Shown piece by piece: positions 1 to 9,771 of a DNA stretch of 64,000 nucleotides; positions within the stretch are counted from its first letter, which is position 1, and every line of letters starts with the position of its first letter. The notes below the pieces were generated by a model. That model ran no database searches. It was not told the DNA's origin and was given only the letters and a program-made list of their open reading frames with translations. Location of the stretch: NCBI GenBank assembly GCA_964291285.2, contig OZ219787.1:192001-256000 (forward strand), given 5' to 3'. The DNA is from Alphaproteobacteria bacterium. GTDB lineage: Bacteria > Pseudomonadota > Alphaproteobacteria > Bin95. Position numbers and translations under genes: made by a program.

Positions 1-354
1 AGGGCCGCTTACGAGACGGTGCTGGACGGCATGAAGCGGACCGCCGCCGCGAACAGCGAGATCGCGCCCGCCTATCGGGACATCTCCATCCCAGCCGCCG
101 GGGCGATGGCCTGCTTCACCGACGGCGACTATGCCGGCGCCGTTGACGGCCTGCTGACGGCCGAAACCCATCTCTGGCGCATGGGCGGCAGCATTGCGCA
201 GCGCGACCTTGTGGCGTGGACGCTCGCCGTGGCGGCCATCCGCGCAGGCCGGCGCAATGTCGCGCTGTCGCTCGCCAACGAACGGCTGGCGCTCAGGCCC
301 GGGAGCGCCGTGAACCGGCATTTCCTGCAGGAGGCCCGGGCCATCGCGGCCTGA
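1..354 (+). CDS. TTC38-like tetratricopeptide-repeat protein, C-terminal part (5' end outside window)
   Basis: LWRMGGSIAQRDL resembles the TTC38 GGSxAQRD motif; helical C-terminus; stop at 354. Confidence 0.7.
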   Translation, partial: RAAYETVLDGMKRTAAANSEIAPAYRDISIPAAGAMACFTDGDYAGAVDGLLTAETHLWRMGGSIAQRDLVAWTLAVAAIRAGRRNVALSLANERLALRPGSAVNRHFLQEARAIAA

Positions 355-486
355 CGCCCGCCGGGGCGGCGAGTCCGCGGCTGGCGGCAGGAGCCGTTCA
401 TGACTTTCGTATATAATCCCCGGCCGCTTGCCCGCCTGCATCGGGCACGGCTCGAGGAATCCTGAAACCGCACCGGAGGGGACATC

Positions 487-768
487 ATGGCCAAATTCGT
501 CATGCTCGGAAAATACACGCAGGGGTCGATGGACGGGATCAGCGCGTCGCGCACCGACCGGGCGGCGGAGGTGGTCCGCGAGAGCGGCGGCGAGGTGATC
601 GGCATATACGCGCTGCTCGGGGCCTTCGACCTCATCCTTTTCGTCGAATTGCCGGACGTCGAGACCGCGATGCAGGTCTCGCTGAAATTGACGCGCCTGA
701 CCGGGGTCGGCTTCCTGACCTCGCCCGCCGTCGATGTGGAGACATTCGACTCCCTCGCCTCGGGGTAA
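487..768 (+). CDS. GYD domain protein
   Basis: 93 aa, MAKFVMLGKYT...LGAFDLILFVELPD...; GGAGGGG RBS upstream. Confidence 0.8.
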   Translation: MAKFVMLGKYTQGSMDGISASRTDRAAEVVRESGGEVIGIYALLGAFDLILFVELPDVETAMQVSLKLTRLTGVGFLTSPAVDVETFDSLASG

Positions 769-1183
769 CCGGAACGCCGCCGGCCCCGGCGGTTGCACAA
801 CGGCGGCGGCGAAGCCCCCGCGGCTGCGGCCTATGGATAGCCGGAGGACATATCTAGCGACGATGCCTTGCAGGAACTGCTAACGCTGAATTTAGCAAGC
901 AACGGATGATGCTTGGAGATCATGTGAACCACTTGAAACGAAGATTGATCGACAATCTCCCATATGCGCGCAAGGCGAAGTATGTGGATTGGCGTCTCCA
1001 ACGATCAACTCGCCGAGCACGTAGTTGGTTGACCGAATCCGCTCGGATCAACGTGCTTATCGATAATTCGACTCTCCGATTTGCAAGAACCCATGAAACA
1101 GTCAACATAAAACAACAATCGAACTGGCCGCCTGGCAGTGAACCTAGCGAAGTTTTTGTCTCCTATCGGGCACCAAAGGTTTA

Positions 1184-2210
1184 CCTGCTTATTCTTGAGA
1201 GTCATCTTGTGAGATTGTAGGTTTGGAAGGGTTTCTGTTATCGGGAGGTCATGGATATGGCATTCAAGGTTGCATCGCGTGTTCGTGGCTTGAGCGACGA
1301 TGCGTTCCGAGCGTCGTTCGGCACGGAGGATCAGTGCCGGGCGGTGCTAGCCCGATTGCGCTGGCCGAACGGTTTCGAGTGCGGCTCCTGCGGGCATCGG
1401 GGGCACTGCATTCTTGCCGGGCGCAGGCTTTACCAGTGCAACCGCTGCAAGAAGCAGGTTTCGGTGACGTCGGGGACGATCTTCCACTCGACCAAGCTGC
1501 CCCTGACGTTGTGGTTTGCGGCGATCCACCTTGTGGTGACGGCGAAGAACGGCATTTCGTCGGTGGAACTCGGTCGCCGCCTCGGGGTCAGGCAGCCGAC
1601 CGCCTGGAGCATGAAGCAGAAGATCATGGCGGTGATGGCCCGGCGCGAAGCCGACACGCGGCTCGAAGGACGGGTCGAGATGGACGACGCCTGGCTCGGC
1701 GGGTCGCGCTCCGGCGGCAAGCGCGGCCGGGGCGCGCCGGGCAAGACGCCCTTCGTGGCGGCGGTCTCGACCAGCGCCGAAGGGGCTCCGCGCAAGGTCA
1801 AGCTCGTCCCGGTCAGGGGCTTCCGCAAGCGCGAGATCGCGCGCGGCGCCAAACGCTGGCTGGCCCCGGGGACGGAGGTCGTCACCGATGCCCTGCACTG
1901 CTGGAACGCCCTCGACGGCATCGCCGCAAGCCACAGCGCCATCCGTACCGGCTCAGGCCGCCGGGCAGCCCGCATGGCCCCCTTCAAATGGGTCAACACG
2001 ACCCTCGGCAACATCAAGAGCGCCATCGCCGGAACCTACCGAAAGCTCGGTCCCGACCATGCCGAACGCTACCTCGCCAGCTTCGCATGGCGATACAACC
2101 GACGATACCAACTCAACTCCATGATCCCACGCTTCCTTCACAGCGCCGTCAGAACACAACCCATCCCATATCAACTACTCATTGCAGGATGATCCTTGAG
2201 AATAAGCAGG
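1184..2210 (+). mobile_element. IS1595-family insertion sequence (1027 bp)
   Basis: IRs CCTGCTTATTCT(T/C)...; 8-bp TSD AAGGTTTA at 1176-1183 and 2211-2218. Confidence 0.95.
1251..2192 (+). CDS. IS1595-family transposase
   Basis: RWPNGFECGSC...YQCNRC zinc ribbon, VEMDD, KRGRG, VVTD, YLASFAWRYNRR. Confidence 0.95.
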   Translation: MDMAFKVASRVRGLSDDAFRASFGTEDQCRAVLARLRWPNGFECGSCGHRGHCILAGRRLYQCNRCKKQVSVTSGTIFHSTKLPLTLWFAAIHLVVTAKNGISSVELGRRLGVRQPTAWSMKQKIMAVMARREADTRLEGRVEMDDAWLGGSRSGGKRGRGAPGKTPFVAAVSTSAEGAPRKVKLVPVRGFRKREIARGAKRWLAPGTEVVTDALHCWNALDGIAASHSAIRTGSGRRAARMAPFKWVNTTLGNIKSAIAGTYRKLGPDHAERYLASFAWRYNRRYQLNSMIPRFLHSAVRTQPIPYQLLIAG

Positions 2211-2906
2211 AAGGTTTATGAAGAACGACACAAAGACATAAACGAGAACATGCCATACCTTCCAGGTATTGCGCACCTGGCGCGCACAGGAATGTTAAGG
2301 TTGATGACGTCTAGGGAATTAAAAAGCGAACAATACCATCATCCTATCGGCACAGCGCAGGGACATATGGGATGGTTCTATTATTGGCTTTTTGACGGAA
2401 TTGATATAGAATCTGTAGATGGATATGAGGTCTCCAATTTTGATCTCGAATATATTCGGAACAATCCAATTATCAATAAAGTCGTATACTCTACGGATAT
2501 AGATCCTTTCAATATGTATCCCGAAAATAAGGAAATTATGAATGAAAGGATCACACAATCTACTGATCCCATTTACCAAGAATTAGCGAAACTTCTTCCG
2601 AAGAAAAGTAATTTCTATGCATGGCATATTAGAACCGCAGAAGCGCATGGTCTATTCTGCTTCCTGACAATGGACTTCAAACTCCGTGGCGCGATTGAGA
2701 AAAATAAAAACAAAGAGCCGATTGCCTCATTACGTACCAAAGTGATGACCCCGGCTGAATTTGGAAAGCATATCGGATTATCGCCGATTGATCCTTACAT
2801 CTGTGAGTTGGCAGAACAGGACGCCATGAAATCGAGTGCCAGGCTGCGGGAACTTCGTTTGCTCATGTGAAATCGGGACAGCGAACTCACATACCGGTCG
2901 CGCCAC

Positions 2907-3188
2907 TCATGCGAAAAGCAGGGCGCGCTTGACAGCTTTGGGTTCCCGCTGAATCACGCGCAGAAGCGTCGCGGCCGGACCGCTGACGCGCCGCGTTCCC
3001 TGCTCCCACTTGCGGTAGCCGGAAAGGCTCATGCCCATCAGGGGCGCCATCTGAGCCTGCGTGAGTTTCGCCTGCTTGCGGACCTCACGCGGGGCCACGG
3101 GCGCATGAACGGTCGCCGGGCCTTCGCCCCTGGCATGGGCCAGCGCCTCGCCAAGGGATTGGATCAGATCGTTCCCGAAAGTGCTCAT
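2907..3188 (-). CDS. HigA-like XRE/HTH antitoxin
   Basis: DLIQSLGEALAHARG...LTQAQMA...RKWEQGTRRVSGPAATLL. Confidence 0.85.
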   Translation of the reverse strand: MSTFGNDLIQSLGEALAHARGEGPATVHAPVAPREVRKQAKLTQAQMAPLMGMSLSGYRKWEQGTRRVSGPAATLLRVIQREPKAVKRALLFA

Positions 3189-3337
3189 CGCGTCTCCTTT
3201 GCGGCGCTCTCGGTCGCCTCGACGATCATGGCGACCGAGCGTCGGCCCGCCCTGCTCAAATCGGTCTTTGCGGACTCGGCATAGGCGAGGAGCGCATAGC
3301 CCAAAGGGGCATCGGAGGCAATTCCAGGAGGCCGCAT
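3185..3337 (-). pseudogene. C-terminal remnant of a HigB/RelE-type toxin
   Basis: Reads ...YALLAYAESAKTDLSRAGRRSVAMIVEATESAAKETR*. Its stop overlaps the antitoxin start (ATGA); the N-terminal half is not recognisable. Confidence 0.65.
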
Positions 3338-3442
3338 CGGCGCCGGAGGACGGGAGCGGATCGCAGCCCTGCGCGCTTGGTCCCGGCAGTCGCAGTGTTT
3401 ACCTTGAGTCTGCTTTGTCCGCGCTGTCCTGGAGGAACCGCG

Positions 3443-3712
3443 ATGCCCGAACCGTTTACCGCCATTGTGTCCGCGAGAGGCCGGGTTACGTTGCCGGGTG
3501 CGGTCCGCCGGGCGCGGCGCTGGGCTCCGGGAACGCGGTTAGTCGTCGAAAACACGCCGGAGGGCGTGTTGTTGAAGCCCGCGCCGGTTTTCGCCGAGAC
3601 CCGGCCGGAGGATGTGTTCGGAAGCGTCGCATGGGACGGCCCGCCCAGATCGCTGGAGGACATGGAAGCCGGCGTCCTTGAGGAGGCCAAGCGGCGCTAC
3701 GAACGCGCTTGA
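3443..3712 (+). CDS. AbrB/MazE/SpoVT-type VapB antitoxin
   Basis: SARGRVTLPGAVRR...PGTRLVVENTPEGVLLKP; GGAGG RBS. Confidence 0.85.
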   Translation: MPEPFTAIVSARGRVTLPGAVRRARRWAPGTRLVVENTPEGVLLKPAPVFAETRPEDVFGSVAWDGPPRSLEDMEAGVLEEAKRRYERA

Positions 3713-3833
3713 TACGAATGCAGCCGTCCGGTGCCTCGCTTGCGACGACCCGGCCTGCCCCGCTGCCGCTCTGCTGGCGCTTCGCCGCCGACCGGCCCGT
3801 TATGGCGCAGGATGTAGTTTTCGACGAAGGTGA
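3699..3833 (+). pseudogene. Degraded VapC (PIN) toxin
   Basis: Overlapping frame T-N-A-L-D-T-N-A-A-V-R-C-L-A-C-D-D-P matches the VapC start MxAxDTNxxxRxLxxDDP, but the first codon is ACG and the rest is short. Confidence 0.7.
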
Positions 3834-3939
3834 GCTTGCCCTTCACCTCCGTTAGCCCCTGTTCCATGGCCCGCAACGCGCGTTGGCGCAGCCCGTTCGC
3901 GGTGGCGCGAAATCGGATAGACAGTCTTGTTCTATATTT

Positions 3940-4185
3940 TTGTAAAAATTCCTTGACAAACATCGACCAAAGGAACATCTTGCCTATCTAGGCTGGGAGG
4001 AAGCGGCATCCGGAGGCCGCAGCCGTTCGCGCCGGCGCGAAAAAAACGCCTGGGAAGGCGGCGGGACAGGTGCGTCCCGCGCCCAAGCCTTCGCCTTCGC
4101 GCGGGCGCGGGCGGGCGCAATCAGGCGCGCGAACCGCGCCGGCGCCGACGCGCGCGGGCGCCCGCGCGGGATACGCGCGAATTAG
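3940..4185 (+). repeat. Dispersed intergenic element, copy 1 (3' part cut by IS1634)
   Basis: TTGACA (3953)-17-CATCTT; GGCATCCGGAGGCCGC box; invariant 28-mer at 4117-4144; GATACGCGCG. Confidence 0.85.
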
Positions 4186-5395
4186 CCCGACTTCCGCAAC
4201 TCGGCTTGAGAATCGACTGATTTGACGGTTTTCCGGCGCGAGAAGTGTCGGATTTCGGTGCAGTACCTCTCGGGACCGGCTTGTAGTGCCGACCTACCCC
4301 CTTGATCGGGCTGGCGAAGATCCGGACGCTGCGCTGATGTTCGTGCGCTGCAAGAGACGCTTCAAGGACGGCAAGGAGCACCGCTACTGGAGCGTTGTGG
4401 AGAACGTCCGGGTCCACGGCGGTCGGGTTGTTCAGCGTCAGGTGCTCTATCTCGGGGAGATCAACGACAGCCAGCGAGCGGCGTGGTGCCGCTCGATCGA
4501 GGTGGTGGAGGGCAAGTCGCGATCACGGCAGATGGCGCTGTTTCCCGAGGACCGGGAGGCGCCGGCGCTGACTTGCGAAGTGGTGAAGATCGACCTCTCG
4601 CAGGTGGCGCTTCACGACCCGCGCCAGTGGGGGGCGTGCTGGCTGGCGCTGTCCTTGTGGGACCGCCTGGACCTGGACCGCTTCTGGGAAGAGCGGCTGC
4701 CGGCGAGCCGGCAAGGCACGCGGTGGCTGGACATCCTGAAGATCCAGGTCTGCTACCGGCTGATCGACCCGGGCAGCGAGTGGCGCCTTCACCGTCACTG
4801 GTATGAGCACAGCGCGCTTCGCGATCTTCTGGGTGGCGAGCGGGCGATCGCCGACGACACACTCTATCGCTGTCTCGACAAGCTGCTGGCGCACAAGCAG
4901 GGCTTCTTCTCGTTTCTGCGCGACCGCTGGGCGACGCTGTTCGAGGCGCGCTTCGACGTGCTGCTCTACGACCTGACCTCGACCTACTTCGAGAGCGATC
5001 CGCCGTTCGATGACAAGCGCCGCTTCGGCTACAGCCGGGACAAGCGGCCCGACTGCGTGCAGGTGGTGATCGCCCTGATCGTTACGCCGCAGGGCTTTCC
5101 GCTGGCCTATGAGGTGATGCCGGGCAACACCTCCGACGACACCACGCTGGCGGCGTTCCTCAAGAAGATCGAGGATCAGTATGGCCGCTCCGAGCGGGTG
5201 TGGATCATGGACCGCGGCATCCCCACCGAGGAGACGCTGGCCGCGATGCGCGAGGGCGAGGCGCCGGTGCGCTACCTGGTGGGCACGCCCAAGGGCCGGC
5301 TGACGCGGCTCGAGAAGGTGTTCCTGGGCCTGCCCTGGCAGGAGGTGCGCCAGTCCGTGACTGTCAAGCTTCTGGTCGAGGATGGCGAGCTCTAC

Positions 5396-7409
5396 CCCGA
5401 CTTCCGCAACTCGGCTTGAGAATCGACTGATTTGACGGTTTTCCGGCGCGAGAAGTGTCGGATTTCGGTGCAGTACCTCTCGGGACCGGCTTGTAGTGCC
5501 GACCTACCCCCTTGATCGGGCTGGCGAAGATCCGGACGCTGCGCTGATGTTCGTGCGCTGCAAGAGACGCTTCAAGGACGGCAAGGAGCACCGCTACTGG
5601 AGCGTTGTGGAGAACGTCCGGGTCCACGGCGGTCGGGTTGTTCAGCGTCAGGTGCTCTATCTCGGGGAGATCAACGACAGCCAGCGAGCGGCGTGGTGCC
5701 GCTCGATCGAGGTGGTGGAGGGCAAGTCGCGATCACGGCAGATGGCGCTGTTTCCCGAGGACCGGGAGGCGCCGGCGCTGACTTGCGAAGTGGTGAAGAT
5801 CGACCTCTCGCAGGTGGCGCTTCACGACCCGCGCCAGTGGGGGGCGTGCTGGCTGGCGCTGTCCTTGTGGGACCGCCTGGACCTGGACCGCTTCTGGGAA
5901 GAGCGGCTGCCGGCGAGCCGGCAAGGCACGCGGTGGCTGGACATCCTGAAGATCCAGGTCTGCTACCGGCTGATCGACCCGGGCAGCGAGTGGCGCCTTC
6001 ACCGTCACTGGTATGAGCACAGCGCGCTTCGCGATCTTCTGGGTGGCGAGCGGGCGATCGCCGACGACACACTCTATCGCTGTCTCGACAAGCTGCTGGC
6101 GCACAAGCAGGGCTTCTTCTCGTTTCTGCGCGACCGCTGGGCGACGCTGTTCGAGGCGCGCTTCGACGTGCTGCTCTACGACCTGACCTCGACCTACTTC
6201 GAGAGCGATCCGCCGTTCGATGACAAGCGCCGCTTCGGCTACAGCCGGGACAAGCGGCCCGACTGCGTGCAGGTGGTGATCGCCCTGATCGTTACGCCGC
6301 AGGGCTTTCCGCTGGCCTATGAGGTGATGCCGGGCAACACCTCCGACGACACCACGCTGGCGGCGTTCCTCAAGAAGATCGAGGATCAGTATGGCCGCTC
6401 CGAGCGGGTGTGGATCATGGACCGCGGCATCCCCACCGAGGAGACGCTGGCCGCGATGCGCGAGGGCGAGGCGCCGGTGCGCTACCTGGTGGGCACGCCC
6501 AAGGGCCGGCTGACGCGGCTCGAGAAGGTGTTCCTGGGCCTGCCCTGGCAGGAGGTGCGCCAGTCCGTGACTGTCAAGCTTCTGGTCGAGGATGGCGAGC
6601 TCTACGTCCTGGTGCGCAGCGAGGGGCGGCAGGTGAAGGAACGCGGCATGCGCCGGCGCCGGCTGAAGAGGCTGTGGCGTCGATTGGCCGAGTTGCAAGG
6701 GCAGTCGAACAGCCGGGATCAGTTGTTGCTCAAGCTCGGCGCCGCCAGGAAGGAGGCCGGCCGGGCCTGGAGCCTGGTCGACATCACCGTGCCCGGGACC
6801 GACAGCGAACTCGCCGCCAACGGCTTCTCATTCCGCCTGCAGCGCGACCGGCTGCGCCAGGTCCGCCGCCGCGAGGGCCGTTACCTGCTGCGATCCAACA
6901 TGGTCGCCGAAGACCCCGCCACGCTGTGGCATCTGTACATGCAGCTCGTCGAGATCGAGCAGGCGTTCAAGGAACTCAAGCACGACCTCGCGATCCGCCC
7001 CATCTTCCATCAGCGCCAAGAGCGCATCGAGGCGCATATCTTCGTCTCGTTCATCGCCTACTGCCTGCTGGTGACCCTGAAGAACCTCGCCCGGCCGCGC
7101 GCCCCGGGCCTCACCCCACGCGCCATCCTTGAGGCCTTCGCCACCATCCAGATGGTGGACGTCCATCTGCCAACCACCGACGGCCGGCACCTCGTCCTGC
7201 CGCGCCACACCCGGCCGAACAAGGAGCACGAGCTACTGCTGCAACAGCTCGGCATGACCTGGCCGCAGCAACCCGCACCCCGGATCTCCGCCTGACGGCA
7301 CACGGCGCCGCCTCTCCGTTCGCCGCCTTGTAGTGCCGACCCTCGGGGAGACGATCAAGGCTATTCAATGAGTTAGCATCCTCATGACCCCCGAGTTGCG
7401 GAAGTCGAG
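5396..7409 (+). mobile_element. IS1634-family element, intact inner copy
   Basis: Same ends as the outer copy except the penultimate base; 4-bp TSD CTAC at 5392-5395 and 7410-7413. Confidence 0.92.
5547..7295 (+). CDS. IS1634-family DDE transposase
   Basis: LYDLTSTYFE, FGYSRDKRPD, IMDRG, IEQAFKELK, IRPIFH. Confidence 0.93.
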   Translation: MFVRCKRRFKDGKEHRYWSVVENVRVHGGRVVQRQVLYLGEINDSQRAAWCRSIEVVEGKSRSRQMALFPEDREAPALTCEVVKIDLSQVALHDPRQWGACWLALSLWDRLDLDRFWEERLPASRQGTRWLDILKIQVCYRLIDPGSEWRLHRHWYEHSALRDLLGGERAIADDTLYRCLDKLLAHKQGFFSFLRDRWATLFEARFDVLLYDLTSTYFESDPPFDDKRRFGYSRDKRPDCVQVVIALIVTPQGFPLAYEVMPGNTSDDTTLAAFLKKIEDQYGRSERVWIMDRGIPTEETLAAMREGEAPVRYLVGTPKGRLTRLEKVFLGLPWQEVRQSVTVKLLVEDGELYVLVRSEGRQVKERGMRRRRLKRLWRRLAELQGQSNSRDQLLLKLGAARKEAGRAWSLVDITVPGTDSELAANGFSFRLQRDRLRQVRRREGRYLLRSNMVAEDPATLWHLYMQLVEIEQAFKELKHDLAIRPIFHQRQERIEAHIFVSFIAYCLLVTLKNLARPRAPGLTPRAILEAFATIQMVDVHLPTTDGRHLVLPRHTRPNKEHELLLQQLGMTWPQQPAPRISA

Positions 7410-7529
7410 CTACGTCCTGGTGCGCAGCGAGGGGCGGCAGGTGAAGGAACGCGGCATGCGCCGGCGCCGGCTGAAGAGGCTGTGGCGTCGATTGGCCGAG
7501 TTGCAAGGGCAGTCGAACAGCCGGGATCA

Positions 7530-8696
7530 TACCAGCGGTTGAGGGTTGAGACTCATTGAGGGGATTCCCAAGGTTATCGAGTTCTGACTCAATAGCGATT
7601 CTGCGATTGGAGGGTCGTTATGAGGGCAGCAATCCCCTTGAGGGAGGATTTTGATGCGGCGCAGTTGCGCGGCTTGGCGCAGCGGAGCCGGGATGGTTCG
7701 CAGAACCGTCGCCTTCTTGCGCTTGCGGTGATTTACGACGGTTACCGTCGTTCGGATGCGGCGCGTTTTGCGGGGGTGGGCTTGCAGATCATCCGGGACT
7801 GGGTTCTTCGCTTCAACGCGGAAGGCCCGGAGGGATTGAAGGATCGCAAGGCCTCAGGTCCGCCGCGCAAGTTGAACGGGGAGCAGCGCGCGGCGCTGGC
7901 GGCGGTTGTGGAGAGCGGTCCGGACCCGGCGATCCACGGCGTGGTGCGGTGGCGGCGCTGCGACCTGGCGGCATGGCTCAGCGAGCAGTTCGGCATCTCG
8001 TTGGCGGAGACGACGGTCGGGCGGGAGTTGCGCCGGATGGGCTACGCCAGGCTCTCTGCGCGCCCGCGCCACTATGCCCAGGACGAAGCCGCGCTGGCAG
8101 GGTTCAAAAAAACTTCCCCGACCGCCTGAAGGAGATCCGCGCTGCACTCGGCGACGGCGTCGAGGTCGAAGTCTGGTGGCAGGACGAGGCGCGCGTCGGG
8201 CAGAAGAACAAGATCACCCGGCGATGGGCGAAACGCGGCACCCGACCGTCAGCGCCCAAGGACCAGAGAACCATCTCGGCCTACATCTTCGGCGCCATAT
8301 GCCCGCAGAAGGGCAAGGCCGCCGGCCTCGTCATGCCCCACGCCAACACGGAGGCACTCAACGCCCACCTCGCCGAGGTCGCCCTCACCGTTGAACCCGG
8401 AGCCCATGCCCTCGTCATGCTCGACCGGGCCGGATGGCACACATCCCCGGCCCTCAAAGTCCCCGACAACATAACCCTGATGCCGCTCCCGCCCCGGTCC
8501 CCCGAACTCAATCCCGTCGAGAATGTCTGGCAGTTCATGCGCGAAAATTGGCTCTCGAACCGCGTCTTCCAGAACTACGACGACATACTCGATCACTGCT
8601 GCCAGGCCTGGAACAATCTCGTCTCACAACCAGAACGCATCGCCTCCATCGGAACCCGAAAATGGGCCAATGGGTTCTGAACTATGCCCGCTGGTA
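7530..8696 (+). mobile_element. IS630-family insertion sequence (1167 bp)
   Basis: IRs TACCAGCGG / CCGCTGGTA; TCA duplicated at 7527-7529 and 8697-8699. Confidence 0.92.
7620..8680 (+). CDS. IS630 transposase, orfA/orfB joined by a probable -1 frameshift
   Basis: orfA 7620-8129 (HTH); A7 run at 8106-8112; orfB WQDEARVG...LDRAGWH...SPELNPVE. Confidence 0.9.
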
Positions 8697-9387
8697 TCAG
8701 TTGTTGCTCAAGCTCGGCGCCGCCAGGAAGGAGGCCGGCCGGGCCTGGAGCCTGGTCGACATCACCGTGCCCGGGACCGACAGCGAACTCGCCGCCAACG
8801 GCTTCTCATTCCGCCTGCAGCGCGACCGGCTGCGCCAGGTCCGCCGCCGCGAGGGCCGTTACCTGCTGCGATCCAACATGGTCGCCGAAGACCCCGCCAC
8901 GCTGTGGCATCTGTACATGCAGCTCGTCGAGATCGAGCAGGCGTTCAAGGAACTCAAGCACGACCTCGCGATCCGCCCCATCTTCCATCAGCGCCAAGAG
9001 CGCATCGAGGCGCATATCTTCGTCTCGTTCATCGCCTACTGCCTGCTGGTGACCCTGAAGAACCTCGCCCGGCCGCGCGCCCCGGGCCTCACCCCACGCG
9101 CCATCCTTGAGGCCTTCGCCACCATCCAGATGGTGGACGTCCATCTGCCAACCACCGACGGCCGGCACCTCGTCCTGCCGCGCCACACCCGGCCGAACAA
9201 GGAGCACGAGCTACTGCTGCAACAGCTCGGCATGACCTGGCCGCAGCAACCCGCACCCCGGATCTCCGCCTGACGGCACACGGCGCCGCCTCTCCGTTCG
9301 CCGCCTTGTAGTGCCGACCCTCGGGGAGACGATCAAGGCTATTCAATGAGTTAGCATCCTCATGACCCCCGAGTTGCGGAAGTCGGG

Positions 9388-9715
9388 CTAATTCGCGCGT
9401 ATCCTGCGCGGGCGCCCGCGCGCGTCGGCGCCGGCGCGGTTCGCGCGCCTGATTGCCCGCGCACCCGCGCGCGAGGCGGGTGCATCGCCGGCCCGGAGGC
9501 CGGTTGGGGGCGAAGGTCTGTCACGGGTCGTGTCTCCTTCCGTGTTGCGTCGTGCCGCGTACGCGCGCGTTTCGTCGGCGCGTTTTGCGCGCACGGGGCA
9601 GGCGGCGGGCGCACCCGCAAATGCGGCTCCGGTTGACCGCCTCCGGTTTCATGTTCGCTTTTTATTCTGGTGATGCCTTTCCCGAATTGCAAGCCGCCGG
9701 GGGGAAGTTTTTTCT
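9388..9715 (-). repeat. Dispersed intergenic element, copy 2 (3' part cut by IS1634)
   Basis: TTGCAA (9692-9687)-17-CAGAAT; CCGGAGCCGC box; 28-mer at 9429-9456; GATACGCGCG. Confidence 0.85.
9653..9667. promoter_or_regulatory. Possible alphaproteobacterial LexA box overlapping the copy 2 promoter
   Basis: GTTC-N7-ATTC, one mismatch to GTTC-N7-GTTC, overlapping the predicted -10. Confidence 0.4.
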
Positions 9716-9771
9716 TCCGGTGCCAACGGCCTGAAATCAATGGGAAAAAATACTGATCCCGTCCCGCCCTG

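Larger units (their letters stand above)
906..2870 (+). pseudogene. Low-GC PIN-like domain protein (~309 aa) interrupted by IS1595
   Basis: Removing IS 1184-2210 plus one TSD copy rejoins ...RAPKV|YEERHKD... in frame (930 nt). VLIDNS and WHIRTAEAHGLFCFLTMDFKL resemble PIN motifs; the PIN assignment is inference. Confidence 0.65.
4337..9273 (+). pseudogene. IS1634 transposase of the outer copy, interrupted twice
   Basis: Segments 4337-5395, 7414-7529 and 8700-9273 match the intact gene at 5547-7295. Confidence 0.9.
4186..9387 (+). mobile_element. IS1634-family element, outer copy (2014 bp once nested elements are removed)
   Basis: IRs CCCGACTTCCGCAACTC / GAGTTGCGGAAGTCGGG; length minus the nested IS1634, IS630 and their TSDs equals the inner copy. 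Confidence 0.9.

Noticed and set aside
2481-2487. GTCGTAT as another DriD site
   Set aside because: Only a half-site, inside a coding region, with no partner half at the N7 spacing.
4117-4185. 28-mer core as a hammerhead ribozyme or tRNA fragment
   Set aside because: The opposite strand has CUGAUUG rather than CUGAnGA and lacks a properly placed GAAA; no cloverleaf or CCA end is visible.
4186-6605. 1210-bp tandem repeat as a simple assembly duplication
   Set aside because: It is explained by a nested insertion with a CTAC TSD, and the outer gene resumes at 7414. Read-level confirmation is still desirable.
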